Source of the DNA: Glycera tridactyla
Taxonomy: Eukaryota
DNA: 64,000 nt
NCBI GenBank assembly: GCA_965644265.1
Contig: OZ286468.1
Span: forward strand, 41,106,001 to 41,170,000
Direction of reading: 5' to 3'
Part shown: one piece after another, positions 23,138 to 34,874 of the stretch
Layout of the letters: the number at the start of each line of letters is the position of its first letter
Numbering within the stretch: the stretch's first letter is position 1
Position numbers and translations under genes: made by a program
Notes under the pieces: generated by a model
The model's database searches: none
Told to the model about the DNA's origin: nothing
What the model saw: the letters and a program-made list of their open reading frames with translations, nothing else

Positions 23138-24950
23138 CAATGTCTTCATGACGATACAAGGGGATCAACAAACCAAGCATCCACACCTTGGCATCTGCAT
23201 TAGCATTCCGAGCAACTAGCGAATGGTTGGTGCCAAATTACTACAGGGAAAGTGCGATCAGCCAAATGCCATGACATATACAGAAATGAATGGTGGCATC
23301 AGTGCCGGCAATAAGAGAACATCTTCTCCATTGGCTTCTGGAATACTTCGGTTGTCCTACATAGATTGAAGGTGTCAGGCTCAAAGAAGCAGGGGGCAGA
23401 CCCACTAATTGGCATCACTTCTTTTGATAGGTGATCAGCTGCATTCTGAAAACTCTCACATCCCTGCATGGTCTGGTTCTTGTCTGACTCCAAAAAAGTG
23501 AGTTGTGGATGAACACAGGTGAACAAAGTTCGTTTTTTTCGTTGACCCCTCAGCTGTGGGTAAAGTGGAGGAGAATTTTAATATTGGACAAATTGACCCA
23601 CATGGTTACAATCCTGAATGAGGATTGGACATTCAAAAATGTCTACAAAGAACTCATCTTGTAACATCAATATGTATAATTTTTATAGGCAAGGTCCGTT
23701 ATCTCTTTCACACAGTGCTCAGAATTGTCTCTGTTTGCAAGTAGCTCCGTATATGAAGCTTGTCGCAAGAGTAGGATAATAACAACCTTTTTTTTATCGA
23801 TAATGAAGACATCATGATGGAATCAATGCTCAGATACATTTCTCTTCAGAGATTCCTGCTTGAAATTCCAACATAGAGAATGGTCTTTTACCCGAAAGTT
23901 GAGTACTCATTTGAAATTTCATCGAATCCTAGGTAGCTAACGAAAAATGTATTATGCAGCAACATTTGGATAACAGCGGTTTTCAGCAAAGTGGTAACTG
24001 CAGAAGAATGTTGAGGACTATGAGGTGTATACTGTGACCTCAACGCAATACCATGGCTATGCGTGGGATCATACAAGACAAATGGTTTTGGGTGCCCCAT
24101 CATGGAAACAGAATCCATAGAATTCACAAACACATGAACATTCATGGTGTCATTTCTGTAAGAAAACAGTGAGTGTTCAGTAAAATCGAACCATTTGTCA
24201 ACCCAGCAATGCATGAATCTTCATGGTCTGAATTTATTCTTGGCTTGAAAAGAAAGATATTCAATTTATGTCTTACTGACGATTTTTTCTCTACAGTGTT
24301 ATCGGAATTCCTTGATTTATGGAGAATCACGCTGGACCCTGAAGAACGGACAGGATGTTCGTGTTCCTGCTTCCAAGAATTTCCTGGCTACCAATCATAG
24401 GCTATAAGTGAACAGTTTCACTGTAACTCTCCAATCAATTCGTTGCAGATAGTTCTCAAGCCCATCACTGCAGAAAATACCAGAGTTGGCATTGTCTACA
24501 AGTTTCCTCCTTTTTTATGCACAGATCTTAATTAGCCTCGTGTGGATGCACCCATCCAAAACATAGATCATGACAGAATAGTTGGACCATTAACAGTTTT
24601 ACTCATACCTTGGGAGTCGATTTCACATAAGATTCTGCTTACATTATCTGGTATCTTGGGGTGTTTGGTGTTCGGTAATCTACGGTGTATGTGAGCTATG
24701 TCGGATTTGAATAAAATACGCTATTATGTCTGTTGTTGCTTCTGCCATGCCCAGAATATTCAGGGTTTGAATATTTGAGATGAAATATGCTTCTGGACAA
24801 TGTTCACTTCTCAAGTCATTAATGCTGTTTGAGCTGATCACATAAATTAACATTGGAGGTTCTGATCAGAGAACGATACGATGCATACCAATGAAATGAG
24901 ATATCGAAAACTATATATCAATTGATAGAAAACTTCATCAGCTTGGATAT
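23138..24950 (-). pseudogene. Decayed large LRR exon ending in a conserved splice donor
   Basis: ISSNSINDL, GNL*TMPTLVFSAVMGLRTI, RINSDHEDSCIAGLTNGSILLNTHCFLTEM and FCICHGIWL (LRRCT-like). Ends ATTG|GTAAG. Confidence 0.6.
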
Positions 24951-25566
24951 CAGATGCTGTGTGTTGCCAAGGATAGCTTGGTAACCGTTGCTATGGCAAC
25001 AAAGGCCAGGCAAATCATCTATTTTGGGACATTTCAGCATGGCGCAATGCCGATCTTCATTATAGTGGGCCATATTTGGTGTCAATCAATTCATTCATCA
25101 ATGCACTCAATCGGGAGAATGGCACAATTTTCAATTTGGCCTTAGAAATTCTGCAATACCACTTTTAGTGTGAAATTGAAGCTTGGATTTCTTAATTTTT
25201 CACCACAAAAAAAGATCTCATGGAGGATATGTTGCCTAACTAAAAATTGTGTCTATATCAAATTGTCAAGCTCAATAAGATGCACATTCTGATACCAAAT
25301 ATGAGCGAGATCATGCAGTATTGGCATTGCGCCAGGCCTTGATAGGGAAAAATCATGATAAATTCTGATTTTGTTGCCATGGCAACCAGTCAAGACATGA
25401 CAACAGTCTGCGGAATTTGGTATCAACAATTAGATTTGGTTGAAACCTATAAGAAAATATGTCATTGTCTTTACTTTCCAAATAATTGTGGGATGATATT
25501 CAGGGTGTACCTAAACCAGGTAATGCATTCACAAGAATTGGTGAAAACTGCATTAATTACTTGAGT
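24950..25566. mobile_element. Probable non-autonomous DNA-transposon fragment
   Basis: Present in copy 1 only. Carries GTTGC(T/C)ATGGCAAC palindromes like the insert at about 52420-53100. Class not determinable. Confidence 0.35.
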
Positions 25567-25752
25567 TACGATGGATATGGTTCGATGTGATTCTTGAAGA
25601 CATCATTCGGAATGTAACAAAGCCTGACTGTCAGGCCCCCATAACTGCAAATATCTGAAAAAGAATGGAGTCACATGATTCATCGAAGTTCTCATTTCAT
25701 TGCCACGGCAATAGGGCAGGAGCGATGATTATCATTACAATTCAAGCTTCTG

Positions 25753-26315
25753 TATTTGTTTAGACCCTCACCTGACATTTGATCATCAAGTTTCGTATTT
25801 AGTATGTGCGGTGTCGTCAAAACTGGGGCTACTACGCAGGCTACACCAAAGGAGGGCCATGAAGTTACTTCATGGTAACATCCTGGGAAAAAAGGCTCAG
25901 TTGGCAGAGAAAAAGGCTCAGGTGGGCCGCAAAAGACTTTATATAGCAGGGAAAACCCTTTCCCCTGAGTACTATGTAGTTCTCTGCCTGGCATAATGGC
26001 TGTGCCAGTTGCTTTACTTGTTACTCTTATCTGGATATGTATTGGTAATTTTATCACTGAAGGGCCTTTGGCTTCCCATAGAATTTTGATGGTATGTCAC
26101 AGTTATTTGAAAAACCACTGTCAAGAATATTATTTCACATTGTTTGGCTACCATATATTGAGCTGTCTGTTGTTTCTGTTGTTGTACTTGTGTAGTGTTA
26201 TATTGTTTCACGTACCGTACTTTTTTACTTGTACTCGAAAAAGGGGAGAACTGTTGTTGAACTCCCCTTTGAGAGTACAGATAAAGATTATGAACTTCAA
26301 ACTTCAAACTTCAAA
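25753..26315 (+). mobile_element. 5'-truncated, internally deleted CR1-type LINE fragment
   Basis: CLDPHLTFDHQVSYLVCAVSSKLGLLRRL (RT thumb region), a 3' hairpin at 26231-26278 and a (CTTCAAA)3 tail. Absent from the paralogous copy at about 36655. Confidence 0.75.
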
Positions 26316-26518
26316 TATTTCAATGTGATTCGAGGGGGTCGCTCTACATTTTGGAAAATACGAAACGTTATGGAATGCAATGTGCCATTTCTGATGACAA
26401 TCAGGAGCTGACTCGAGAGTTCATCATGGCATCAATATCAAAAACTGATAGAAATCCCTCCATATATTTTTCAAGCCTGGTCTATGAATCTAGGAACCCT
26501 CAGTCAATCCATGATCTT

Positions 26519-26860
26519 GGAAAATTTACAACAAGGTGTGAAAAACAAGCCGATCACAACCCGCCGGTACTTCTTACTTTTCTCTCACGACTATATCACT
26601 GTATATTAGCTGTATACTCACATGATTGTGAGAAAGAAATAGAATACGGGAGGCGTTCTCACGACGCTCGGGCGCGCCGAGCGTCACGCTGACAAGGGTA
26701 ACTTCACCATGGCAACGATTGTTTCAGCGCACCCAGCGATGTTCGGGACACGCACGGAAATGGCAGAGTCGGGTCGGTGTGATCACTTTCACGAGGGTGT
26801 GATCACGGTGATCACACATCCCCCTATCACAACCTCAAAATGACATAGGTCGTGAGAGAA
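26519..26860. mobile_element. GC-rich, inverted-repeat-bounded non-autonomous element of unknown class
   Basis: Inverted repeat ttctctcacgac (26580-91) / gtcgtgagagaa (26849-60). Internal palindromes at 26663-26685 and 26797-26817. Absent from the paralog. Confidence 0.55.
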
Positions 26861-28814
26861 TGCCTTCGTTACCCTTCTCGAACAGTCTCTTCAAATAAAA
26901 ATGTATTCCGGTCATTCTCCTGTGCCAGCACCCATTCCTATCAGCTGCGATTCTTCATATGCCTTGGTGGAATTCTGGATCACTGCCACCAATTATTCAT
27001 TTCTCAGTGCTTAATTATCCAGACATTCTGTGAAGCATTACATGTTCTGTTTTTCATTCATTGCAGGTGAGTCGAAGATGCTATCATGAATCTTAACCGT
27101 GAGTGATCGCCTTCCAATGATCTTGAGCCTTCTAATGAGTACCTGATGCATGCATCTTGGACATGTAAATTACTAGATTAAGACAACTCACCAATATATT
27201 CCTTCGCAGATATCTGCGGTGAATCATGAATATTCTGGACATGAGTTTTGATATCGCTGATGATCTTGGTAGTGTCGATTGTGATTTGCTTTTCAGATCT
27301 GGCTATTTTATAGATTTTGTTTAAATATCTATACTCTGGGTCCCTCACTCATATCAGCTTAAATGATCATCTGGTGAGGTTATATGGTCTTCAAACCCAT
27401 TTCAAGAGTCATTACCAAAGGCCAAAGATTCCCATCCCATGCAATCCCGTACATTACTTGGGTGCTCTCGATAGCTAGTGGGACATTTGCTTGATAGAAG
27501 CTGACTCCCCTAATACATACCCGTCCCAAAGGAAATTAGGGCTGGTGTGATGAAAACTAACTACCGATAATGACCCTCTCCAGTAATTGCATTTGGTATT
27601 CACGATTGTAGAGTACATACAGGTTGCCCTCTTCGACAACAAGAGTATTCATCAAAGCTTGAAAGATTTTGCCATCCTGACCTCATATATATATCACCAC
27701 TTGGATTTGATCCGAATATTAATCTGACCAGTGCCTGCATATCGATGGGATGGAATTGCATCTCCAACAGAATGTCGTCATCCATCACAATTAAGACACA
27801 TGTATGGTGATCTGTATGTGACACTGCTTTTTCGTGGTTCATCTCCATCATAATCTATTTCCCACTCTCTCTCTCTCCTTTTCACTTGAATTTTCTCTTA
27901 CATCTCCATGATTGGTATAATACATGCAATCTGTGTGTGAGATGGGAGCAGCTAACACATCAATCCTTTCATATATCATCTGATTGATATGTATTTCACA
28001 TCACTCGTCGGGTATACCAAATTGACATTTAAAGTTAAACAAGCTTAAGCTGACAGATTTACCAACTCGATATGGCATGCATCCACGAGAGCAGCTAACA
28101 CATCGTCACCCATCCAGTCAAATGATCCGCTCACATATCATTCTGTTGATATGTACATTCGAATCACTCGTCAGTTATACCAAATTGACATTGACAGTGG
28201 AACAATCTCAAGCTGATAAATTTACCACCTGGAAATAGCATGCATTCACTCCCTGATACATTGTGTTTTGATAGATGACATAATCAAATGGCTTTCGCCT
28301 CGAGCGGGAAAACCATGCTTCAGCTCACGGTAATTCTAGCGTGGTTGCTCGTCTTCTATCAAGGTGCATTATTTGCGCACTTCTAGGTCAAGGGTCTCTG
28401 GCCGATGAGACCATATTGATGGAAGTTTATTGCATATCCTAAGTGACAACGTATTGCATTCTCATCCATCATTGGCGCTCTTCTGTGTGCCGAGTCCATC
28501 ATGCCCATTGAGTTCTGTCAAATTAGTGATGACTTACATAGTTGAGTGAGTCATCATAAACCACTGACTAGGACCACTTTGATTTTCAAATACTTGCGCC
28601 CATCACCATTGCTGTCGGACTGCAGACGTCTTGGTGCTTGACGGCATCATGAGGTGAGAGTGCAGCCAGGTATATGGGGATGGATGATTGGTCGATGACT
28701 GGATCTGAGAGTGAGTAATTATGTGGGGGAGTGAGTGGGAGGGTAGGTGAGTCAATGAATCAGTCAGTGTGTCATTGGATCATTCAGTGAGTCCTTGAAT
28801 CATTCGAGTATTCG

Positions 28815-29045
28815 TTCAGTCAGTCGGTCAGGTGATCAGTTAGCCAGTGAGTCAGTGAGTCAGTTAGTCAGTTAGTCAGTCAGCCAGTCAGTCAGTGAGT
28901 CAGTCAGTTGGTCAGTCAGTCAGTCAGTCAGTCAGTCACCCAGTCAGTTAGTCAGTCAGTTAGTCAGTTAGTCAGTTAGTCAGTTAGTCAGTTAGTCAGT
29001 TAGTCAGTTAGTCAGTCAATCAGTCAGTCAGTCAGTAGGTCAGTC
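28815..29045. repeat. (TCAG/TTAG)n microsatellite; paralogous tracts at 39815-39945, 51630-51912 and 54380-54420
   Basis: Directly visible at the same position in each duplicated unit. Confidence 0.95.
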
Positions 29046-29161
29046 AAACAGTGAAAGGGTAAGGGAAAGCAGTCAAGGGCATGAGTGCAGTTAGTCAGAT
29101 TGTCTGTTCATAACAGAATTTGTTCTCGGACATTCTGTCAAGGAGATATGTTCATGAGGTA

Positions 29162-29337
29162 CAGTTGAACCCGCTAGAAAGGGCACCTGTATTAAGCAAC
29201 CACCTGCCTTAAGCAACCATTATTGAAAATCCCTCCAGAGTATTTCTCACTGTAATTAACCTGTATTAGACAACCACCTGTCTTAAGCAACCACTTTTCA
29301 CTGTCCCGAGGGTGGTTGCTGAATACAGGTTTGACTG
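29162..29337. mobile_element. 176-bp Tc1/mariner(pogo)-type MITE with TA target duplication
   Basis: TA|CAGTTGAACC...GGTTTGACTG|TA, with internal repeats of cctgtattaagcaaccacc. Absent from the paralog at about 51990-52030. Confidence 0.8.
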
Positions 29338-30037
29338 TAGTTATTCATTTCGTCTGGTAGGTAGTTGCTTGTCGCATAATGTGGTTAACAGGATAGTTTG
29401 GCACTTTCCCTTTATGAGTTGGATGGTAAGCTATTTGGCCAGGCTGCCTATGATTTATTCCTTTGGATAGTTAAGTAATGACCATCGCCACTCAAAATCC
29501 ATGGCAATTATATCCCTTCAATAGCAGCTGGTCCAATGATCCTCGCTGGTCACTTCCAATAATCCATCAATGATGCTCAGTGCTTCGACTTGGCAATATG
29601 GCAGACTGCTATGGCAGCTCTCTTCTAAATGAAAGAGATTGTGAGTGGATCTCTCTGTCAAACAACCGCCTTCTCTCCACCCTTGCAATGACTGCCAGCA
29701 TGGATAAATACAACTCCATGTACCGTATGCTTCGCTTGCGTCAACCAGAAACTTGTGCTAGTGAAAAACGTTAAGCTGACCATTTGAGCATGTATTATGG
29801 CTATGTTCATGCTTCAAGGATAAAGTTCCCTCAATTCAATTCGGAGAAATGATCCGGTAATGTAAGAAGCCCAAATGTGGAGAAAAGTGCCTGTAATGAC
29901 CCCCCTCTTCCCAGTCTGCTGGAACCTGTAATGAGTGTTTTTGCGCATATACAACCAATAGTGAGTGTCCTCGACGAGTCACTTCGGAGGATTTTCTCAT
30001 GTATCTTGCCGTCATTATCGAATTGAAGCTAAAGTCT

Positions 30038-32700
30038 GTCAAGTTCAATCATGGCGGGTAGGTTTTCCGGCCTAGCATCGTGAATTCTTCTCGGATTGAA
30101 AGGGAACTGACTGACTGACAGAGTCGATATCCCCGACAACTATAGATGTGATCACGGTAAAGTTCTCTTGTATATTTCACTTGAAACCCCAAATATGTTG
30201 ATTTCGCACTGATTTGATGGCGAGAACGGGCACCATATACTACTGTTTCACAAACTGATTGTCACAGATAATGCCAGCGGATTCGTTGGGAGAAAGCAAT
30301 GAAATGATTGCATAATCCTCTTCAAAAGCATGTAGATCCCTCGAGATCAGATTCAATAATCACCGGAAGATCCATAGATTTCAATCTTGCCATTAAAACC
30401 ACAAAAGAATGTGCCCGCCACATTTGGATTTGACAGTTTGCGTTCAAATATACCGGCATGCAACTCCTTGATTTGGCATGGCGAGTATATAGAGCTTCTA
30501 CTGCTACATCTCGGTAATATGTCGGATTGAGATGGGTTAACGCCGTTCGTGAAGAGGTTGATCACGAAAGTCTCCCATCATATGAAGTTGTTAAAAATGC
30601 TCGCCGACCCGGGAGATGAGGAGAGAAAAAGATAGAGAGGGAGGAAGAAATACGGGGCGAGAGAGGGATTGCAAGATATGGGAGAACAAGGAAAGAGAGG
30701 CATACTAAGAAGGGCAGTGAAAGGGGTCGAAAGGAGATCTGAAATGAAAAGAAGAGAAAGACTAGATGAAGATGAATGCCAGATTCACAGCAGATGAAGA
30801 GAGTCTGACTGCCTAGCAGACAGATACACAGACATGAAGAGATAAAGACCAACAAAGAGACAAACAGTTCCGCATTGAGACAAAATATCAACTGTTATAC
30901 AATCTTTCGCAAGATATCTTGTGAGACTGGAGATGGTGATAATTTCAATCTGATTACTACACCGGTCTGCTGCTACTAATCATTATGTCCTGAGGAAATT
31001 TCCATTGAGGTGCTGGGAAGGCATACCATTCGATGAACATTTGATAAGGTGTACTAGGCCATAGCATGATATGATGAAGGTACCCCTTGAAGAGGACATA
31101 TGTGAGTGAACCCTTCACAAAGTGCCTCGAATACTACCTCTGGGAAGAAAACATGGAAAGTCTCTCTAATTTCATTCCAAGAAATGTATCCATAGTATCA
31201 CATGGATCTTCTAACTGAATGGTTCCTATATTTGTGACTTTTCGTATGAGCTACTGCCCTCTCGTCTTTTCAAAACGAGGACACATGTCAGGGTCTTATA
31301 TGGGTACTAAACCCTGACTGGGAACGTTGCCCCCATAAAGCAACTACCCACATAGGTCCCTGGCACATGCATCTATTGACAAGTGTTGTGGTGATTCCGC
31401 ATCCAATGTACATTTGATGCGTAGTGAAACAATCTTGTTTCATATTAGCAAGTCAGGCATGTAGTCGATAAACAAGACGCTTCCATTGAGCGCCTGCCGC
31501 ATGATTTATATGCTATGAAGGAGATATATAGCAGTGAGACATACATCCCTGCTATTATCGACCGAGGAAATTAATAGCGACCACCTCCAACTTTTGGTTA
31601 TTCCATCAGACTTACATACATGAAATATACCAGAAAAAGGGAAACAAGAGCAAGAAGACCCATATCGTGAAATATGGGCAATCTGCTGTGTCGAACACCT
31701 GTATTTCCACACATGAAGATATATCAGATTCTTTGGACATGCATGTGTATAATTCCACCACCAAAACAAGTGGGCTACGCCAGTTGACGAAGACTGGGCC
31801 ATAACACTATCAAGTATGCTTATATAACCAGCAGCTTGCTGGTAACCTGCGATCGTATCGTCACATGTGCCTGTAGAATCCACGATCGAGCAGACAGGTC
31901 ACCTTGGGTGAAATCGCCATCGCTGGTTGGTCAGTATAACAAACATTTGCGAGAGAACAATCAAGGTCGAGGGTCAACTGGCTGAGTCATGCATTCGAAC
32001 GGTCTCGCGTCATGGCGAAGTTTAGGGAAGATAGCTCTTAAAGAACTGCCATATCTCAGCAGCCAGTGGTCCGATTTTCACAAACTAAACATGAATTGCA
32101 GTTAATAGATATTTCTATCTATATTTCGGATGATAAATAGAGAATATCCCTCGTGCTGCATCTCGTATTGGGGCCCAGAGACCCACTAGTGGCCGATGCC
32201 CTGCTACTTGGCGTGTACGCTATCTACGTACGCGGCACTCGGGACATTCTATATAAATATGGACTTTGGTCTACCCGGTGGCTCAGTCCAAGATCCAACA
32301 AAGTCCCGATCAGGCACATATGAGGGGTCTATCTTATATGAGCAATGTCACTTTCTGAGAAAGCTGGGCACCAGACAGAGAGATGATTTCACATTGATTG
32401 AATGTTCATGAGGGTGGCATTTTCACCAAAAAAAAAACAATTTGACGATGATGGCATACGAGGGAATTGGTAGCAAACTCTCCAGAGACCATCTTGGTGA
32501 CGCAGATTCAACGGAAGACTCGAATTGAGTGGTCTGAAATAGCAAAATCTCAATATTGTGAAGAAATGCAGAGATTTGAGTGGGCATGATTTTATGTATT
32601 GGCTGTTCATACATATGCTTGTGACAATTATTATCGAATCTACAGTACACTTCGATCAATCTCAGCGATATTCATGTCCATAATTGTGATTGCTCACACT
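30038..32700 (-). pseudogene. Decayed LRR-encoding sequence (unit B)
   Basis: CQIKELHAGIFERKLSN, DTFLGMKLERLSM and PKNLIYLHVW. Confidence 0.55.
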
Positions 32701-33049
32701 GACTGAGGAAAATCACACATAGTTTTCTACAGTCCATCACCAGTGAGAGGGAGTCCGAGCTCCTCCTGTGTACATGTGTATCTCCGTGTTTCTGCTTAAG
32801 GTATCTTGTGGCTGGTTAGGTGGCATGGGTCAGGGCCCTGTGATCGGTATTTTGACTGAGAACATTACATATACTTGGCTGCAGTACTCTACCAGGAATA
32901 TGAAATTCGGAGCTTTCGTGCGCTTGCGTGCACCTTTGAGTTTTCTTTCCTTATTTGTCTTCTTCAATCATACAAGGTACAATTATACGATGCTCAAATA
33001 GGTGCGTCTCCATGACAACGAAAGTGAGAAAAACAAATACACATTACAA

Positions 33050-33760
33050 TACAATATATGACAACATATCATGTGGATGATAGAATAATGTTTGAAGTAA
33101 GAATAAGATAATAACAAATGGAAATAGTAATCATGATAACGAATTACTGAGACTGATGATTCTACGGTTAAGAATTGATGATATTGCCCATTAGAAACCC
33201 CACCCCTACACACACCCCATATGACCACTATATTAGATATTTCATTCATTACTATCTTTTAAATTTCAATTTTTTGTACAGCTGGCATGGTTCGATAGAG
33301 ATAGAAGTAGTTCAATAGGCATAGTATACAAATAAGTGCGTCATGAAGGAGACAGAAGAATCAATATGTTTCAAAAATCCAAGCCATCAAACTAGAAAAT
33401 AAATTTATCTCTATATATGCAAAAAGTTGCCCAACTTTTTTTTGAATATTTGATGTTCCTTACTATTGAAATCTGGGTATTTCACAGCATATTGGTTCCA
33501 TAGCCATGCACATCTGAATCTGAAAGATCCCTAACATTGCTTTGATCTTGGATATTCAATTTTGGCCGCAATGTGGATCTGGTGACATAGTCATGATTCG
33601 AGTTCAGATATTCACAGAGTGGGGTATACCTTTGTGTTCAGGCTATGATGATTTTGATTCCAACGATCTTCTGAGATAAAATGCATTGTTCTGGTGAAAT
33701 GTTTCCATTATTTTGGCATCGAAGATGATGGTGAAAACTCATGGAATGACTACTCACAAT
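33050..33760 (-). mobile_element. Old CR1-type LINE 3' fragment (copy 2)
   Basis: Paralog of 21600-22200, with an extra approx. 90-bp insert near 33345-33435. Confidence 0.65.
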
Positions 33761-34874
33761 CGTTTACACAGCAGAATGTGCAAGAATGTTCTTCGTGTCA
33801 ATATATCACAGCGCAGATCTTAGAGAATTGGATGTGTCACGATAGGCGGGCATCTATGTCTGAGAGCTTGTTGGCTGTGTGACTTTAACGACTTCTATGG
33901 GCCAGCCTTCCTGGTAAATAGCGACCACCCGGCCTTCTCTATTGATCAGTAACCACGCTCCTGCCTGTTTGCTCGAGCTAGAGTGAATGCTGACTCGAAT
34001 TGACCATCTGTCATCAGCGTAGTATTATCCCTCGCAGATGTTTACTCTCTTGGCCGTCTGATATCTTNNNNNNNNNNNNNNNNNNNNNNNNNNNNNNNNN
34101 NNNNNNNNNNNNNNNNNNNNNNNNNNNNNNNNNNNNNNNNNNNNNNNNNNNNNNNNNNNNNNNNNNNNNNNNNNNNNNNNNNNNNNNNNNNNNNNNNNNN
34201 NNNNNNNNNNNNNNNNNNNNNNNNNNNNNNNNNNNNNNNNNNNNNNNNNNNNNNNNNNNNNNNNNNNNNNNNNNNNNNATGTCTGTTTGTATGTATGTGT
34301 GTGCGTGTGTGTGTGCATCTGTCTGGTTGTTTGTCTGTATGTCCATATGTATGTCCGTCTGTCTCTCTCTTTCTCTCATGTATATCTTACATGTACATTA
34401 TCCGGCAGGCCTGAGCTTGAGCATTTGTCATTTTCCCATGAGAGGGTACACACACAAAGTGAAAAAGTGTGGTACAGAGGTCACAGTGAGTTACTTACAC
34501 ACTGTGTTGCCACATTAGTGAGCAAAGCAGATCTGTAGATCTGTCTTTTCCAATGGGCACCATTCGGGATGTACTAAGATAACCATGGGCACGGTTGGTA
34601 CTATCTAACCCTTGCCTCTTTTTGTGTCACCAATTGAAGGTGAAAGTTCTGAGTCATTCATGGTATTTGGAATCACTGTTGCCCGTATTTTTCTCCTGTG
34701 AATATGTCAAATGATGAGGAAATGAGTGACGACATAATCACAAAATGCGACTTGGAAAGGAATAATTCTTCCCTATTCTTGGCAAACTTACTCAAACTTT
34801 TGTTCAGAAATATTGGACTCGTGAAAGACAAAAACAATGCAAGATATGTAAGGGCATTTCAGTGTGACACTTAC

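Larger units (their letters stand above)
10936..29767 (+). repeat. Segmental duplication unit A (about 11 kb excluding the 7.8-kb LINE)
   Basis: Collinear with 30038-40557 from gtcaagttcaatcatgg to aacttgtgc(t/c)agtgaaaa. Confidence 0.92.
26861..29770 (-). pseudogene. Decayed LRR-encoding blocks separated by microsatellites and a MITE
   Basis: ETLDLEVRK, RGSLDQLLLKGYN and SLSFRRELP. Donor ATTG|GTGAG at about 27192. Confidence 0.45.

Noticed and set aside
23138-24950. Stops explained by an alternative genetic code or RNA editing
   Set aside because: All three stop types and frameshifts occur, and the adjacent LINE ORFs read cleanly in the standard code.
24980-25390. RFX X-box sites (GTTGCYATGGCAAC) as host regulatory elements
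   Set aside because: They lie within repeat-derived inserts with no intact gene nearby.
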